A stretch of DNA of 64,000 nt from an uncultured bacterium. GTDB lineage: Bacteria; Desulfobacterota_D; UBA1144; Nemesobacterales; UBA2774. The stretch covers positions 2,048,001 through 2,112,000 of the forward strand of contig CAWGRW010000009.1 of NCBI GenBank assembly GCA_963825135.1. The letters run 5' to 3'. The position numbers and the translations under genes are program-made. The notes beneath the pieces were generated by a model that was given only the letters and a program-made list of their open reading frames with translations, did no database searches and had not been told where the DNA came from. Of this stretch, positions 1-14,391 are shown piece by piece; within the stretch, counting starts at the first letter, position 1, and every line of letters starts with the position of its first letter.

Positions 1-3000
1 GATAATGCGCTACTTCTATCCCATTGAGACCATTTATCTGGAGTCCAAGGGGATGAGCAAGAAAGTAAACCACGATGTTATTCCCTACCAGAGGTCAAGC
101 GCCGACATCATTGACCCGGGGACAAAAGAGGTAGTGGTAAAGAAAGGGAGAAGGTTTGTCAGGAATATTATTGAAAAGCTGAAGCGGGCGAATATAGAAC
201 GGATACCGATTGATCCGTCCGAACTGACCGATAAATTCGCGGCTGAAGATATAGTGGATAAGAAGACCGGCGAGGTAATCGTCAATTTTAACGAGCTGAT
301 TACCGAGCAGAAGATGGAGCAGATAAAAAAAGCGGACATCGGGGAATTTAACGTATTCTATATAGATAACATTTCTGTCGTAGCTTCACTCAGGAATACA
401 ATCCTTGCGGATAAGATAAAAACCCGCGAGGAATCGATAACGGAGATTTACAAGAAGTTCCGACCGACAGACCCGCCCACGCTTAGCGTGGCCGAGTCTT
501 TCTTTGACAATATGTTTTTCAACCCCGACACGTACAGGCTCTCACAGGTCGGGCGTCTAAAAATAAACTACAAGTTGAATCACGGCATCCCGGACGACGT
601 ATCCACCCTCACCAAGGAAGACATCCTGGAGACGGTGAGATACCTTCTGGCGCTGAGAGGCGGCAGGGGGACGACCGACGACATAGACCACCTGGGAAAC
701 AGGAGGGTGCGGACGGTTGGGGAGCTTATAGAAGACCGGTTTTATCACGGACTCGAAAGGCTCGCCCGCTCTGTTAAGGAGAAGATGGGATATCAGGCCG
801 TCGAGAACCTGATGCCGAGCGAGCTGCTCATACCGAAGACGGTAATTGCCGTGGTAAAGGAGTTTTTCGCCACGGGTCAGCTCTCTCAGTTTATGGACCA
901 GACCAACCCTCTTTCGGAAATCACGCACAAGCGGAGATTGAGCGCCCTCGGGCCCGGAGGTCTTACGAGGGAGAGGGCGGGGTTTGAAGTGAGGGATGTG
1001 CATTCTTCGCATTACGGTAGGATCTGCCCGATCGAGACCCCCGAGGGACCGAACATCGGACTCATTTCGAGTCTCAGCACATATGGAAAGATAAACGAAT
1101 TCGGATTTATTCAGACTCCCTACAGGGTGGTCAAGGGCGCAAGGGTTACCGACGAAATTGTTTATATGAACGCCCTTGCTGAGGAAAAGTACATAATCGC
1201 TCAGGCAAACGCGCCTCTGGACAAAAACGGCAACTTCACATCGGATTTTATTTCTGCGAGACACAGCGGCGAGTTTCTGATGGTGGAACGTGAAAAGGTT
1301 GAGCTTATGGACGTTTCCCCCTCGCAGCTCGTATCGGTATCGGCTTCGCTCATACCGTTTCTCGAGCACGACGACGCGAACAGGGCTCTCATGGGATCGA
1401 ACATGCAGCGTCAGGCGGTACCTCTCATTCGTACGAGCGCCCCTATCGTAGGCACGGGTTTTGAAAGCACTGTCGCCAAGGATTCGGGAGTTACGGTGCT
1501 CGCGAAGAGAGACGGTATCGTCGAATACGTTGATTCGGCGAGAGTGGTTGTTAGCTCGACAGGAGACAGCTCCGACACGGAAGCCGGCGTGGATATGTAT
1601 AGCCTCTTAAAATTTCAGAAGTCGAACCAGAGCACCTGCTGGAATCAGAAGCCGATCGTAACAAAAGGTCAGCGTATTGAGGCTGGCCAGGTCATAGCGG
1701 ACGGGCCTTCCACGGATTTCGGGGAGCTCGCTCTCGGACAGAACGTACTTGTGGCGTTCATGCCCTGGGGAGGATATAACTTTGAAGACGCCATTCTTAT
1801 GAGTGAAAGGCTTGCCAAGGAAGACAGCTTTACTTCTATACACATCGAAGAAGTCGAATGTATAGCCCGTGAAACAAAGCTCGGCAGGGAAGAGATTACG
1901 AGAGACATCCCCAACGTGAGCGAGGACGCTCTCAGGAATCTGGACGAGAGCGGAATAATCAGGATAGGCGCCGAGGTGAAGCCGGGGGATATAATCGTGG
2001 GGAAAATTTCCCCCAAGGGTGAAACCCAGCTCTCTCCCGAGGAGCGCTTGCTGAGGGCCATATTCGGAGATAAGGCCGGGGACGTCAAGGATACGTCCTT
2101 GAGGGCCTCGCCGGGTATTTACGGCACTGTTATAGATGTGAAGATGCTCATATCCAGGGTAGTCGATAAGGACGAGAGGGCTAAGAGCATTGAGGATTTT
2201 GAGGTAACCCGTCTCAAGCAGGACAGGGAAGATGAAATCAAGATATTGAAAGACGACGCTTTCGAGCGGATCAAATCGCTTGCTGCAGGGAAGACGTCCT
2301 CCGCGAAGCTTACGGTTTCAAGGAAGACCGTGCTCAAGAAAGGGGACAAAGTAACTGAAGATATACTCAGGACCATCCCGTTTGAGAAGTTTGCGGATTT
2401 AACCATAGAACGGGGGGACGAGATAGAGGCTGAAATCAAGCGGATAATCGAAAGAACGCTTGAGCAGATCGACCTGACTAATGTGGTTTACGACCAGAGG
2501 ATTTCAAAGCTGACGAAGCCTGACGAATTGCCGCCGGGCGTCTTGAAGGTAGTGAAGGTGAACATCGCCGTAAAGAGGAAGCTGCAGGTCGGGGATAAAA
2601 TGGCCGGAAGGCACGGCAACAAAGGTGTAATTTCGAAAATTCTAGCCGAGGAAGACATGCCCTATCTTCCGGACGGAACTCCGGTGGATATGATTCTTAA
2701 CCCTCTCGGTGTCCCTTCGAGGATGAACGTTGGTCAGGTGCTGGAGACACACCTCGGATGGGCGGCAAAGGAGTTCGGCAATCAGATTAACGAAATAATG
2801 GAAAGGGAGTTTAGCCCGCAGGCCCTGAGGTCGAAGCTGAAGGACGTATTCAAGTCTTCGGAGACCGGCAAGCTGATAGAGAAGCTCGATGATGAGGACG
2901 TAATACTGGTCGCTCAGAGGCTCCGGAACGGCGTCCCGGTCAAGTCTCCCGTATTCGACGGGGCGTCTGAGGAAGAGATCAAGACCATGCTGGCGGAGAC

Positions 3001-3439
3001 GGGTCTGCCAGAAAACGGGAAGACCATTCTCTTTGACGGCCAGACCGGGGAACCGTTTGACCAGAAGGTGACGGTCGGAGTTATGTATATGCTGAAGCTC
3101 CATCACCTTGTGGAGGAAAAAATCCACGCGAGGGCAATCGGTCCGTACTCGCTTGTGACTCAGCAGCCTCTGGGCGGTAAGGCTCATTTCGGCGGACAGC
3201 GTCTCGGGGAAATGGAGGTCTGGGCCCTCGAAGCATACGGGGCTTCCTATACTCTTCAGGAATTTCTTACCGTAAAATCGGACGATGTTATCGGCAGGAC
3301 ACGGATTTTCGATTCGATCGTTAAAGGCGACATGAATTTTGAACCCGGACTGCCTGAATCGTTTAAGGTCCTTCAAAAGGAGCTCCAGGCGCTTGCTCTG
3401 GATGTAGACCTTCTCGAGGAAGAATCAGGAAGGAATTGA
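1..3439 (+). CDS. rpoB: DNA-directed RNA polymerase subunit beta (5' end outside window)
   Basis: Motifs [56 protein letters not shown]. Confidence 0.99.
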   Translation, partial: IMRYFYPIETIYLESKGMSKKVNHDVIPYQRSSADIIDPGTKEVVVKKGRRFVRNIIEKLKRANIERIPIDPSELTDKFAAEDIVDKKTGEVIVNFNELITEQKMEQIKKADIGEFNVFYIDNISVVASLRNTILADKIKTREESITEIYKKFRPTDPPTLSVAESFFDNMFFNPDTYRLSQVGRLKINYKLNHGIPDDVSTLTKEDILETVRYLLALRGGRGTTDDIDHLGNRRVRTVGELIEDRFYHGLERLARSVKEKMGYQAVENLMPSELLIPKTVIAVVKEFFATGQLSQFMDQTNPLSEITHKRRLSALGPGGLTRERAGFEVRDVHSSHYGRICPIETPEGPNIGLISSLSTYGKINEFGFIQTPYRVVKGARVTDEIVYMNALAEEKYIIAQANAPLDKNGNFTSDFISARHSGEFLMVEREKVELMDVSPSQLVSVSASLIPFLEHDDANRALMGSNMQRQAVPLIRTSAPIVGTGFESTVAKDSGVTVLAKRDGIVEYVDSARVVVSSTGDSSDTEAGVDMYSLLKFQKSNQSTCWNQKPIVTKGQRIEAGQVIADGPSTDFGELALGQNVLVAFMPWGGYNFEDAILMSERLAKEDSFTSIHIEEVECIARETKLGREEITRDIPNVSEDALRNLDESGIIRIGAEVKPGDIIVGKISPKGETQLSPEERLLRAIFGDKAGDVKDTSLRASPGIYGTVIDVKMLISRVVDKDERAKSIEDFEVTRLKQDREDEIKILKDDAFERIKSLAAGKTSSAKLTVSRKTVLKKGDKVTEDILRTIPFEKFADLTIERGDEIEAEIKRIIERTLEQIDLTNVVYDQRISKLTKPDELPPGVLKVVKVNIAVKRKLQVGDKMAGRHGNKGVISKILAEEDMPYLPDGTPVDMILNPLGVPSRMNVGQVLETHLGWAAKEFGNQINEIMEREFSPQALRSKLKDVFKSSETGKLIEKLDDEDVILVAQRLRNGVPVKSPVFDGASEEEIKTMLAETGLPENGKTILFDGQTGEPFDQKVTVGVMYMLKLHHLVEEKIHARAIGPYSLVTQQPLGGKAHFGGQRLGEMEVWALEAYGASYTLQEFLTVKSDDVIGRTRIFDSIVKGDMNFEPGLPESFKVLQKELQALALDVDLLEEESGRN

Positions 3440-3464
3440 ATAAAAGATTAGGGAGGGAGTAAAC

Positions 3465-6400
3465 GTGGACGTAGATACCCTATTTGAAAAGCCTAAGAAT
3501 CCTTCGGAGTACTCGGCGGTAAAAATTTCGATTGCTTCTCCCGAAAAGATCAAAGAATGGTCGCACGGGGAAGTCAGAAAACCCGAGACTATAAATTATA
3601 GAACGTTCAAACCCGAAAGAAGCGGTCTTTTTTGCGCAAAGATATTCGGTCCGGTAAAGGATTACGAATGTACTTGCGGAAAATACAAGAGGTTGAAGCA
3701 CAGGGGCATAACCTGTGAGAAGTGCGGTGTGGAGGTTATATCTTCCAAGGTCAGAAGGGAGAGAATGGCACACATCGAGCTTTCGTCCCCCGTTGCGCAC
3801 ATATGGTTTCTGAGGAGCATCCCGTCACGGATCGGCATGCTTCTCGACATGACGCTCAAAGACCTTGAGAAAGCGCTTTACTACGAATCATACGTGGTGC
3901 TCGATCCGGGAGGCACGACCCTTAAATTCGGGGAAGTCTTGAGCGAAGATAAATACAGAAAAACGGTGGAGGAGTACGGCCACAGCTTTAAGGTAGGCAT
4001 GGGGGCAGAGACCATAAGGGAGATGCTGAAGAAGATCGACCTCGTTGAGCTCTCGGACCAGCTGAGACACGAAATGAAAAACACATCCTCTCCCATCAAG
4101 AGGGCGAGGATCGCAAAGAGGTTAAGAATTTGCGAGGCGTTCAGAAAATCGAAGAACCGTCCGGAGTGGATGATCCTGACCAGGATCCCCGTACTGCCGC
4201 CCGATCTCAGGCCGCTTGTGCCGCTTGACGGCGGAAGGTTCGCTACGTCCGACCTGAACGACCTTTACAGGCGCGTAATAAACAGAAATAACCGGCTCAA
4301 AAAATTGCTTGAGCTCGGCGCTCCTGACATCATCGTCAGGAACGAAAAGAGGATGCTCCAGGAGTCGGTAGACGCACTGCTTGAAAACGGCCGCAGGGGA
4401 AGGCCGGTCCTCGGTCACAACCACAGGCCTCTTAAGAGCCTGAGCGATATTATAAAGGGTAAACAGGGAAGGTTCAGGCAGAACCTGCTCGGAAAGAGGG
4501 TGGACTATTCCGGACGTTCGGTAATCACCGTCGGTCCCGAATTAAAACTCCACCAGTGCGGCCTGCCCAAGCAGATGGGTCTCGAGCTTTTCAGGCCGTT
4601 CATATACCAGAAGCTTGAAAAGTGGGGAGCAGCCGCGACTATTAAAATTGCAAAGAAACTCGTGGAACAGGAGGCTCCGATAGTTTGGGACGCCCTCGAC
4701 GAGGTGATCAAGGAGCACCCGGTTCTACTGAACCGCGCCCCGACGCTTCACCGCCTCAGCATCCAGGCGTTCGAGCCGATACTTATCGAGGATAAAGCCA
4801 TTCAGATACATCCGCTCGTGTGTCCCGCTTACAACGCGGACTTCGACGGCGACCAGATGGCTGTACACGTACCGCTCTCCATAGAGGCGCAGACGGAGTG
4901 CAGGGCGCTCGTTATGTCGACGAACAACATCTTGTCCCCCGCGCACGGCAAGCCGATCATTCTTCCTACTCAGGACATAGTCCTCGGAATCTACTACATG
5001 ACGAGAGACATGACATCCGATAAAGGGGACGGCAAGATTTTCTCGAGCATCGATGAAGTGCAGATGGCATACGATTCGGTAGAAATCGGGATACACGCGA
5101 AAATAAAGGTCCGCGTAGGCGGGAAGATTTACGAGACGACGGCGGGGCGCGTACTCCTCTACGACATCATGCCGAAGGACATACCGTTCGAGCTGGTAAA
5201 CAGGGTCATGACGAAGAGGGCCATAGAAGAGCTCGTCGACACCTGTTTCAGAATGGCGGGCGGCAAAAACACCGTGATACTCGCCGACAGGATGAGGACA
5301 CTCGGGTTCAAGTATTCGACCAAAGCGGGTATTTCCATATCGATCGACGATATGAGCATTCCGCTCAAGAAGAAAGAACTCCTCCAGAAGGCTCAGGACG
5401 AGGTCGTAAAAGTCCAGAACCAGTATTCTCAGGGTCTTATCACTGATGGCGAGAGGTACAACAAGGTTATAGACATCTGGGCGCGTACGAGCGACGAAGT
5501 AGCCCAGGAAATGATGAGAGATATTTCTTACGAAGAATATACGGACAAGGACGGCAAAGTACAAAGAGGGGCCAGCTCGAATCCGATATACATGATGATA
5601 GATTCGGGCGCGAGGGGCAGCCAGACCCAGGTACGCCAGCTGGCGGGAATGAGGGGACTTATGGCCAAGCCGTCGGGGGAAATCATAGAGACCCCGATTA
5701 CCTCTAACTTCCGAGAGGGTCTTACCGTGCTTCAGTACTTCATTTCAACGCACGGCGCGAGGAAAGGACTCGCCGACACCGCGCTTAAAACCGCGAACGC
5801 CGGTTATCTGACGAGACGGCTCATAGACGTAGCCCAGGACGTGATGATAAAAGAATTCGACTGCGGCACCGTCGAGGGGATCACGGTCAGCGACCTCGTA
5901 GAGGGCGGCGAGATAATCGAGAGGGTAGGCGAAAGGGTCCTCGGAAGGGCGACGGTCGAAGACATAATAGACCCTGTAAGCGGCGACCTGATAGTAGCGG
6001 CTAATCAAGAAATCGACGAACAGGCTGCGGCAAGAATAGACGAGGCCGGCAGCATCACAGAGGTAAAGATAAGGTCGGTGCTGAGCTGCGAGACGCGCAT
6101 CGGAGTATGCGTATTGTGTTACGGCAGGAACCTCGCGACGGGCAAGCTCGTCAACATAGGCGAGGCGGTCGGAATTATCGCCGCCCAGTCGATCGGCGAG
6201 CCCGGGACGCAGCTCACGATGAGAACGTTCCACATTGGTGGCGCAGCGAGCCAGAGGGCAGCCGAAAGCACCCTAGAGGCCACTCACGAAGGTACTGTTA
6301 AGTTCAATACCGTGAGGACCGTAAAGAGCAAAGACGGAAGCCACGTTGTCATTAACCGTACCGGCACGCTGATTATAGTAGACAATAAGGGCTACGAAAG

Positions 6401-7550
6401 GGAGCGTTACCCGCTCGCGCTCGGGGCCAGGCTAAGGATCGAAGAAGGTCAGAAGGTTAAGGAAGGACAGCTCCTCGCGGAGTGGGACCCGTACACCACC
6501 CCGTTCATTTCGGAATTCGAGGGTAAGGTCAGCTTCGTGGACCTCGAGCAGGGTATAACGCTTAAAGAACAGGTCGACGAGGTAACGGGTATTTATAAAA
6601 AGGTAGTTATGGAATCAAAGAACCTCGACGTCCATCCCGCTCTCGTTATCACCACGGATGACGGAAGGAGCATTCAGTACTCGCTTCCGATCGGGGCGAT
6701 CATCGAAGTCAACGAAGGCGATGAAGTTACCGCTGGCGGTATAGTTGCAAAAATCGCAAGGGCGACCGCGAAAACAAAAGACATCACGGGAGGACTCCCG
6801 AGGGTAGCTGAGCTCTTCGAAGCGAGAATGCCGAAAGACCCGGCGGTCGTTACCGAGATCGACGGTATCGTCACCTATGGTAAGGACCTCAAGGGTAAGA
6901 GAAGAGTGGTCGTAACGCCCGAGATAGGCGAGCCCAAGGAATACCTCGTGCCGAGAGGAAAGCACGTGCTCGTCAGGGAAGGCGAGCAGGTGACTTCGGG
7001 AGACCAGCTGGTAGACGGCTCCGTAAACCCGCACGACATACTGAGGATACGCGGAGAAAGGGCGCTTACCAGATACCTGGTCGACGAAATCCAGGAGGTC
7101 TACAGGCTCCAGGGAGTCAAGATAAACGATAAGCACATCGAAGCAATCGTGAGGCAGATGCTCAAGCGGGTAAGGATTAAAGACCCGGGCGACACCATCC
7201 TGCTCGTCGGAGAGGCCATCGAGAAGCACATCTTCTTCGAGGAGAACGAGAGGGTCGTTGCGCAGGGCGGAAGGCCCGCGTCTGCGGAACCGCTGCTCCT
7301 TGGAATAACCAGGGCTTCACTGAGCACGGACAGCTGGCTCTCCGCGGCTTCATTCCAGGAGACGACGAGGGTGCTCACCGAGGCTGCCTGCGAAGGCAAA
7401 GAGGATCACCTGAGGGGCTTAAAGGAGAACGTCATCATGGGAAGGCTGATACCGGCAGGTACAGGTCTGCCCATTTACAGGAACATAGACGTCGAAGTGC
7501 CCGTTCTCGAAGTGCCCGTACCCACGGCCGCTTCAGCGGACGAAGAATAA
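3465..7550 (+). CDS. rpoC: DNA-directed RNA polymerase subunit beta'
   Basis: [12 protein letters not shown] catalytic motif, N-terminal Zn finger, [16 protein letters not shown] start after GGAGG-like RBS. Confidence 0.99.
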   Translation: MDVDTLFEKPKNPSEYSAVKISIASPEKIKEWSHGEVRKPETINYRTFKPERSGLFCAKIFGPVKDYECTCGKYKRLKHRGITCEKCGVEVISSKVRRERMAHIELSSPVAHIWFLRSIPSRIGMLLDMTLKDLEKALYYESYVVLDPGGTTLKFGEVLSEDKYRKTVEEYGHSFKVGMGAETIREMLKKIDLVELSDQLRHEMKNTSSPIKRARIAKRLRICEAFRKSKNRPEWMILTRIPVLPPDLRPLVPLDGGRFATSDLNDLYRRVINRNNRLKKLLELGAPDIIVRNEKRMLQESVDALLENGRRGRPVLGHNHRPLKSLSDIIKGKQGRFRQNLLGKRVDYSGRSVITVGPELKLHQCGLPKQMGLELFRPFIYQKLEKWGAAATIKIAKKLVEQEAPIVWDALDEVIKEHPVLLNRAPTLHRLSIQAFEPILIEDKAIQIHPLVCPAYNADFDGDQMAVHVPLSIEAQTECRALVMSTNNILSPAHGKPIILPTQDIVLGIYYMTRDMTSDKGDGKIFSSIDEVQMAYDSVEIGIHAKIKVRVGGKIYETTAGRVLLYDIMPKDIPFELVNRVMTKRAIEELVDTCFRMAGGKNTVILADRMRTLGFKYSTKAGISISIDDMSIPLKKKELLQKAQDEVVKVQNQYSQGLITDGERYNKVIDIWARTSDEVAQEMMRDISYEEYTDKDGKVQRGASSNPIYMMIDSGARGSQTQVRQLAGMRGLMAKPSGEIIETPITSNFREGLTVLQYFISTHGARKGLADTALKTANAGYLTRRLIDVAQDVMIKEFDCGTVEGITVSDLVEGGEIIERVGERVLGRATVEDIIDPVSGDLIVAANQEIDEQAAARIDEAGSITEVKIRSVLSCETRIGVCVLCYGRNLATGKLVNIGEAVGIIAAQSIGEPGTQLTMRTFHIGGAASQRAAESTLEATHEGTVKFNTVRTVKSKDGSHVVINRTGTLIIVDNKGYERERYPLALGARLRIEEGQKVKEGQLLAEWDPYTTPFISEFEGKVSFVDLEQGITLKEQVDEVTGIYKKVVMESKNLDVHPALVITTDDGRSIQYSLPIGAIIEVNEGDEVTAGGIVAKIARATAKTKDITGGLPRVAELFEARMPKDPAVVTEIDGIVTYGKDLKGKRRVVVTPEIGEPKEYLVPRGKHVLVREGEQVTSGDQLVDGSVNPHDILRIRGERALTRYLVDEIQEVYRLQGVKINDKHIEAIVRQMLKRVRIKDPGDTILLVGEAIEKHIFFEENERVVAQGGRPASAEPLLLGITRASLSTDSWLSAASFQETTRVLTEAACEGKEDHLRGLKENVIMGRLIPAGTGLPIYRNIDVEVPVLEVPVPTAASADEE

Positions 7551-7565
7551 ACATAGCGAATAAAC

Positions 7566-7599
7566 CGGGTTCGGTGGCGGTAGAGTGCCCCCGAACCCG
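7566..7599 (+). terminator. GC-rich stem-loop after rpoC (possible terminator or stability hairpin)
   Basis: CGGGTTCGG...CCGAACCCG inverted repeat; U-tract weak. Confidence 0.45.
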
Positions 7600-7630
7600 T
7601 AATCTCGATTCTTTCAATCATTAGTTCAGC

Positions 7631-10340
7631 ATGCCCGACGATAATAAAACCCAGATGGATAAGGTCTACGATCCAAAAAAGGTTGAAGAGAAGTGGTACG
7701 CCGAGTGGATTGAAAAGGGCTATTATAAATCATCGCCGTCCGGCAATAAACCGTACTATTCAATTGTAATCCCCCCTCCGAACGTTACAGGGTCGCTACA
7801 CATCGGGCACGCGCTCAACAACACGCTCCAGGATATTCTCATCCGGTGGAAGAGGATGAAGGGGTTCGATGCCCTCTGGGTCCCGGGCACAGACCATGCC
7901 GGTATAGCGACGCAGATGATGGTTGAGCGCGAGCTGGAGAAGGAAGGCACGTCGAGGGTCCGGATGGGCAGGGACGCATTCGTAGAGCGCGTCTGGAAGT
8001 GGAAGCAGGAATCGGGCGATACCATTACGCGCCAGCTGAGGCGCCTGGGGGCGCTCCCCGATTGGGATATGGAGCGGTTCACGATGGACGAGGGGTTGTC
8101 CCACGCGGTAAGGAAGGTCTTCGTCGATCTCTATAATCAGAAACTCATCTATAAGGACAAGAGGCTCGTCAACTGGGACCCGAAGCTCTGCACGGCGATT
8201 TCCGATCTCGAAGTGGACCAGCGAGAGGTCTCGGGGCATTTCTGGCATTTCAAGTACCCGGTCGAGGGGAGCGGGGATGTATTCATAACCGTCGCCACCA
8301 CGAGACCCGAAACCATGCTCGGCGATACCGCCGTCGCGGTGCACCCCGAAGACCCGCGATACAAGCACCTCGTCGGAAAGAACGCGGTTCTTCCCCTCGC
8401 AAAACGCCTGATACCGATAATCGCCGATGAATACAGCGACCCCGAAAAGGGAACGGGCGCTGTCAAGATCACACCCGCGCACGACTTTAACGACTTCGAG
8501 GTCGGGCGGAGGCACAACCTCCCGATGATAAACATATTCGACGGGACCGCTCACCTGAACGACAACGTTCCGGATAAATACAGGGGGCTCGACAGGTTCG
8601 AGGCGAGAAAGCTCGTAATAGAGGACATGGAGGCGCTCGGGCTTCTCGACAGGATTGAAGGCACGCGGCACACCGTCCCCTACGGAGACAGGTCGGGCGT
8701 CGTGGTCGAGCCCTGGCTCACCGACCAGTGGTACGTGGACGCGGCGGCACTCGCGGCGCCTGCGATCAAAGCCGTCGAGGACGGGAGGATCAGATTCGTA
8801 CCGAAATACTGGGAGAGCACCTACTTCGAATGGCTCAGGAAGATAGAGCCCTGGTGCATATCCCGCCAGCTCTGGTGGGGACATCAGATTCCGGCCTGGT
8901 ACGGGCCCGACGGGGAGATATTCGTCGCCCTCTCGGAGGAAGATGCACAAAAGGCTGCTGATAAACATTACGGAAAGGGAACCGAGCTTAGACGGGACCC
9001 CGACGTTCTCGATACGTGGTTCTCATCCGGACTATGGCCGTTTTCGACCCTCGGCTGGCCCGAGCGGACGCCGGAGCTGGAGAAGTACTACCCGACGAGC
9101 GTGCTGGTGACCGGGTTCGACATCATCTTCTTCTGGGTCGCGCGCATGATTATGCAGGGGCTCCATTTTATGGAAGAAGTTCCGTTCAGGGACGTTTACA
9201 TACACGGGCTGATCCGGGACGAGAAGGGGCATAAGATGAGCAAGACGAGAGGGAACGTTATAGACCCTCTCGACGTCATAGAGGAGAACGGCGCGGACGC
9301 GCTCAGGTTCAGCCTGACCGCGCTTGCCACGCAGGGCAGGGACATAAAGCTCTCCATGCCCGTCATTCAGGGCTACAGGAATTTCATAAACAAGATCTGG
9401 AACGCCTCTCGGTTCCTATTTATGAACCTGGCGGATTATGACGCAAGGGCTGAAACAACGAAGGATGAGCTTTCTACATACGATAAGTGGATTCTCACAA
9501 AGCTCAACGAGACCGTAAAAGAGGTAGGCGACTCGTTCGAGGCCTACGAGTTCGACAAGGCGGCGGGCGCAATATACAGGTTCTTCTGGTCGGAGTACTG
9601 CGACTGGTACATCGAGTCAGTAAAGCCGGTACTTTACGGAGGCGACACAAAGAGCAAACAGAGGACGAAGAGCGTCCTCGTGCGTGTGCTCAAGACCGCG
9701 CTCCAGTTACTTCACCCGATGGCGCCTTTCATAACCGAGGAGCTCTATCAGAGGCTCCGCGGGTTCGGCGTGGAGCTAAGCTCGGTGGACGGCGGTACGG
9801 CTGAGAGCATAGTAATAAGCTCGTTCCCCGAACCTGACGAGACTGAGATTTTCCGGGACGAGCACGACGAAGTGGAGCTTATGAAGGAGATCGTCGTCGG
9901 TGTAAGGAACCTCCGGGCCGTAATCGGGCTCCACCCGTCCGAAAAAGTGAGCGTCGTTCTCTTCCCTGAAACTAAAAAAGCCCGGAAGCAGATAGAGGAT
10001 AACAAGGGGTTTATACTCAGTCTGGCGTCCCTTTCCGGGTTTGAGATCGCGAAGAAAGATAAGCCTGAAAAAGGCGATTGCCCATGTAATCCCGGGGGTC
10101 GAGATATTTCTCCCTGTCGAAGGACTCATCGACGTCGGGAAAGAGACCGAGAGGATAAAAAAAGAGATCGGCAAGATATCAAAAGAATTAGAACGCACCG
10201 AAAAGAAACTATCCAACCCCGAATTCCTCGAACGCGCCCCCGAAGAGGTCGTCAAAAAAGAGCGCGAAATATTCGAGGAGCTTTCCTTCCAGATAAAGAA
10301 GATGGAAGACGTGCTCAGTAAGCTGAGAGAGATCGGCTGA
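7631..10340 (+). CDS. valS: Valine--tRNA ligase (apparent +1 frameshift in A-run at 10068-10072)
   Basis: PPPNVTGSLHIGH and KMSKT motifs; C-terminal coiled coil (AIAHVIPGVEIFLPVEGLID...KKLSNPEFLERAPEEVV) continues in the frame of ORF 10041..10340. Confidence 0.97.
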
Positions 10341-10525
10341 TATTTTCCGTCCCGAAATCCTGTTTGAAACGAAGACCACTGCGGTATTCAGTTCTGGAAC
10401 TCTATAGAAGCAGTTGAGGCCCAATTTCCAATTCCGACTCTCGTGTGGATAGACATCCATGAATTCAAGCCAAACCTGAAGTGTAGGCCGATATTCGGTA
10501 TGACGTTAGTGTCGGGAGGCCCGGA

Positions 10526-11944
10526 TCATCCCCCGAAAAGTCCAAGCTGTTTCTGCTTGGTCTTCTTGAGGTCTGTGAGCTCGACCGGGTATTTGCCCGA
10601 GAAGCAGGCGTTGCAGAAGGTTTCCGAGCCGTCTAGCTTCTTAGTCTCATTGACCGCTTTTATCACGCCTTCCATGGTAAGGTATCCGAGGGAATCCGAG
10701 GTTATGTACTTCCTTATCTCCTCTATTTCCAGGGAATTGGCGATGAGCTCTTCTTTAAGCGGCGTGTCTATGCCGTAATAGCATGAGAACTTGGTCGGCG
10801 GTGAGCTGATCCTCATGTGGACTTCCTTAGCACCCGCCGCGCGTATCATCTTCACTATCTTTCTCGACGTCGTCCCTCTGACTATCGAGTCGTCCACTAT
10901 CACGACCCTCTTTCCGTTCAGCACTTCCCTGATTGCGTTTAATTTCAGCCTCACGCCGAAGTTCCTGATCGACTGCTGGGGCTCTATGAACGTCCTTCCG
11001 ACGTAATGGCTACGTAATAGTCCCAATTCGAGAGGGAGCCCGGATTGCTCGGAGTATCCCATTGCCGCGGGCACTCCGGAGTCGGGCACGGCGACGATAA
11101 TGTCGGCGTCGGCGGGCTGCTCGATCGCGAGCTGCTTCCCGAGCGCTCTCCTGACCTGATAGACGTTCCGCCCGGTGAGGAAGCTGTCGGGCCTGGCGAA
11201 ATAGATGTATTCGAAAACACAGTACGCGTGTTTGGATTCCCCGAATGGCTTATACGATTCGACGCCCTTGTCGTCGACCACGACTATTTCCCCGGGCTCT
11301 ATCTCTCTTACGAATTCGGCCTCTATGAGGTCGAAAGCGCACGTCTCGGACGCGAAGACTACGGAGTCCCCGAGCTTGCCCATGACGAGCGGTCTGAACC
11401 CGTAGGGGTCCCTCGCGGCGACCATCGCTTCCGGCGTGAGGAAGAGGAGCGAGTATGCCCCCTTACACCTGATGAGGGCCTCTATTATCCTTTGCAGGAG
11501 CGTCTCCTCTTTGGATTTTGCGATGAGGTGCACTATGACTTCCGTGTCGGTAGTGGACTGGAATATCGCGCCTTCCTCTTCGAGCTCTTCTCGGAGCGTC
11601 CTTGCGTTGGTGAGGTTCCCGTTATGGGCTATGGCCAGCGCCCCGCGGAAATAATTGATGACTATTGGCTGCATGTTTTTCGCCTGACTCGATCCGGTGG
11701 TCGAATAGCGGACGTGCCCTATGGCGTTCTGGCCTGTGAGGTGAGACAGGATTTCTTCGGTGAAAATGTCTGAGACGAGGCCCATGGCGCGGTGGTTGTG
11801 GAGGTTGACGCCGTCGGATGTGACTATGCCCGCGCTTTCCTGCCCCCTGTGCTGAAGCGCGTGTAGCCCCAGGTACGTGAGGTTCGAAGCCTCGACGTTA
11901 CGGTAAATGCCAAATACGCCGCACTCTTCTTTAAGCTTTGGCAT
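10526..11944 (-). CDS. purF: Amidophosphoribosyltransferase
   Basis: Propeptide then [27 protein letters not shown]; start taken at MPKLKEEC. Confidence 0.97.
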   Translation of the reverse strand: MPKLKEECGVFGIYRNVEASNLTYLGLHALQHRGQESAGIVTSDGVNLHNHRAMGLVSDIFTEEILSHLTGQNAIGHVRYSTTGSSQAKNMQPIVINYFRGALAIAHNGNLTNARTLREELEEEGAIFQSTTDTEVIVHLIAKSKEETLLQRIIEALIRCKGAYSLLFLTPEAMVAARDPYGFRPLVMGKLGDSVVFASETCAFDLIEAEFVREIEPGEIVVVDDKGVESYKPFGESKHAYCVFEYIYFARPDSFLTGRNVYQVRRALGKQLAIEQPADADIIVAVPDSGVPAAMGYSEQSGLPLELGLLRSHYVGRTFIEPQQSIRNFGVRLKLNAIREVLNGKRVVIVDDSIVRGTTSRKIVKMIRAAGAKEVHMRISSPPTKFSCYYGIDTPLKEELIANSLEIEEIRKYITSDSLGYLTMEGVIKAVNETKKLDGSETFCNACFSGKYPVELTDLKKTKQKQLGLFGG

Positions 11945-14141
11945 AACTTTTAAGGTTATCCTCAAATCCCGCGGCCCAGGCCCTCCTGGCTTCGGCTGCA
12001 GGAATATCTACCAGACCCTCTATTAAAAACCTCGACCCCCCGACCCCGCCGATTACGTTCATGGGTACACTATTGGATGCAGTAATTTTTCTAAGGATTT
12101 CTATGTTCTTGTTGTCGAGTGAAACTACCGCTCTCGCCTGGGATTCTGAAAATAAGAGTGCGTCCCCTCTGATTGCGCCCGGCAGCCTGACCGTAATGCC
12201 CGTAGTGTATTCCGGGGAGAAACAGGATTCTGCGAGCGAAACAGATACCCCGCCCTCGGAAACGTCGTGCGCTGACTTAAGTATACCTCTATCTGAAGCT
12301 TCAAGTAAAGCCCGTATCAGGTTCGATTCGGCTTCGAGATCAAGTCCCGGGGGCTCCCCCGCTACTATCCCGTGGACCTGCTTCAGGTACTCGCTCCCGC
12401 CTAATTCGTCCCTCGTCTCGCCCAGGAGCACGACCGCGTCCCCATCGTCTTTAAACCACTGGGTGATATGCTTTTCGACGTCCGTGATGAGGCCCACCAT
12501 GCCGATTGCAGGCGTCGGATATACGGCGTTCCTGCCCGTCTGGTTATAGAAGCTCACGTTCCCGCTCACGACGGGCGTGTTCAGCCTGACGGCCGCCTGG
12601 GATATTCCCTCTACTGCGCGCTTGAACTGCCACATCACTCCGGGCTCCTCCGGGCTCCCGAAATTGAGGCAATCCGTGATCGCCAGTGGAAGGGCTCCCG
12701 AGCAGGCGAGGTTCCTCGCGCTCTCGGCGACCGCTATTCCCGCCCCGGTAAATGGGTCGAGGTAGCAGTAGGTCGAGTTGCAGTTGACGGTCATCGCCAG
12801 GGCTTTTTTCGTGTTCTTTATCCTGACTACCGCGGCGTCCGAGCCCGGAACCACGACCGTATTCGTCCTTACCATGTGGTCGTATTGCTCCCATATCCAG
12901 CGCTTGTCCGCGAGTGTGGGGGAAGAGAGGAGCGTCAAAAATATTCTGCCGAGGTCCTTCGGGACCGGTATGGCGGATAGATCCCGGCTCCCGGTTTCTT
13001 TAATATACGCAGGCTCGGAGTAAGGCCTGTCGTAAACGGGCGCCTCTTCCGAAATCAGGCTTATGGGGATCTCTGCTACGGTCTTTCCCTCTTCCGCGAT
13101 AACGAGCCTGCCGCTGTCCGTTACCTCTCCGATGACGCTGAAGTCGAGCCCCCACTTCCTGAATATCTTTTCGGAGATATCCTCTTTTCCTTTCTCAAGC
13201 ACTATGAGCATGCGCTCCTGCGATTCGGAAAGCATGACCTCGTACGGGGTCATGGAAGTTTCCCTCCTCGGGACCTTCTCGATGTCTATCCTTATGCCCG
13301 TGCCGGCCCTCTCCGCCATCTCCGTGGAGGAGGACGTGAGACCGGCGGCCCCCATGTCCTGTATACCGACTACTACGCCCGTCTTGAACAATTCGAGGCA
13401 GGCTTCGAGGAGAAGCTTTTCCGTGAAAGGGTCGCCCACCTGAACGGCGGGCCTCTTTTCCTCCGCCTCTTTCGTGAACGTTTCCGACGCCATGACCGCG
13501 CCGTGAATCCCGTCCCTTCCGGTCTTGGATCCCACGTAGATTACGGGGTTCCCGAGTCCCCTGGCGTAGCCCCTGAATATTTCGTCCTTATTCGTTATGC
13601 CGAGGGCGAATACGTTGACCAGCGGGTTCCCGTTGTAGCATTCGTCGAAGTAGACCTCGCCGCCCACAGTCGGAATCCCTATACAGTTTCCGTATCCCGC
13701 GATGCCGGAAACGACGCCTCCGACCAGGTATTTCGTCTTGGGAAGGGAAGGGTCGCCGAACCGGAGCGAATCGAGGACAGCTATGGGCCTCGCCCCCATC
13801 GTGAATATATCCCTCAATATGCCGCCCACCCCTGTCGCGGCGCCCTGATAGGGCTCTATGAATGACGGGTGGTTATGGCTCTCCATCTTAAAGACGGCGC
13901 ATTGCCCGTCGCCGATGTCTATAATGCCTGCGTTCTCTCCGGGGCCCTGTATGACCACTTCGCCCGTCGTGGGGAACTTCCTCAGATGGATTCTCGAGCT
14001 CTTGTAGGAACAGTGTTCGGACCACATAGCGGCCAGGATGCCCAGTTCGGTAATGTTGGGCTCCCTGCCGAGCGTATCCACTATCTTATTGTATTCTTCT
14101 TCTGTCAGCCCGTGGTCAAGAGCGGTCTTCAGGTTGGACAT
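11931..14141 (-). CDS. purL: Phosphoribosylformylglycinamidine synthase subunit PurL (small type)
   Basis: [33 protein letters not shown]; overlaps the purF start. Confidence 0.98.
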   Translation of the reverse strand: MSNLKTALDHGLTEEEYNKIVDTLGREPNITELGILAAMWSEHCSYKSSRIHLRKFPTTGEVVIQGPGENAGIIDIGDGQCAVFKMESHNHPSFIEPYQGAATGVGGILRDIFTMGARPIAVLDSLRFGDPSLPKTKYLVGGVVSGIAGYGNCIGIPTVGGEVYFDECYNGNPLVNVFALGITNKDEIFRGYARGLGNPVIYVGSKTGRDGIHGAVMASETFTKEAEEKRPAVQVGDPFTEKLLLEACLELFKTGVVVGIQDMGAAGLTSSSTEMAERAGTGIRIDIEKVPRRETSMTPYEVMLSESQERMLIVLEKGKEDISEKIFRKWGLDFSVIGEVTDSGRLVIAEEGKTVAEIPISLISEEAPVYDRPYSEPAYIKETGSRDLSAIPVPKDLGRIFLTLLSSPTLADKRWIWEQYDHMVRTNTVVVPGSDAAVVRIKNTKKALAMTVNCNSTYCYLDPFTGAGIAVAESARNLACSGALPLAITDCLNFGSPEEPGVMWQFKRAVEGISQAAVRLNTPVVSGNVSFYNQTGRNAVYPTPAIGMVGLITDVEKHITQWFKDDGDAVVLLGETRDELGGSEYLKQVHGIVAGEPPGLDLEAESNLIRALLEASDRGILKSAHDVSEGGVSVSLAESCFSPEYTTGITVRLPGAIRGDALLFSESQARAVVSLDNKNIEILRKITASNSVPMNVIGGVGGSRFLIEGLVDIPAAEARRAWAAGFEDNLKSYAKA

Positions 14142-14391
14142 TTAGTCTCGGTCACTCTCTATAGATTAATATACCAGTTATTCGGGGTTAAATCACTGAA
14201 CGGACTTCATACGGCCGCCTTTAAGCGCGGGATAAATTAATTTGACACCAATTTCGGCATTGTCAAAACCGATACGCCGCATGTGTCCGGTTTCCTTAAA
14301 ATATTCCATTCCAGCCGTGCCGTGCGTCCGTCCGGGCGCTCCCGGGCTTCTTGCAATCATCGTTCTCGGATACTAATATGATTATAAATTT

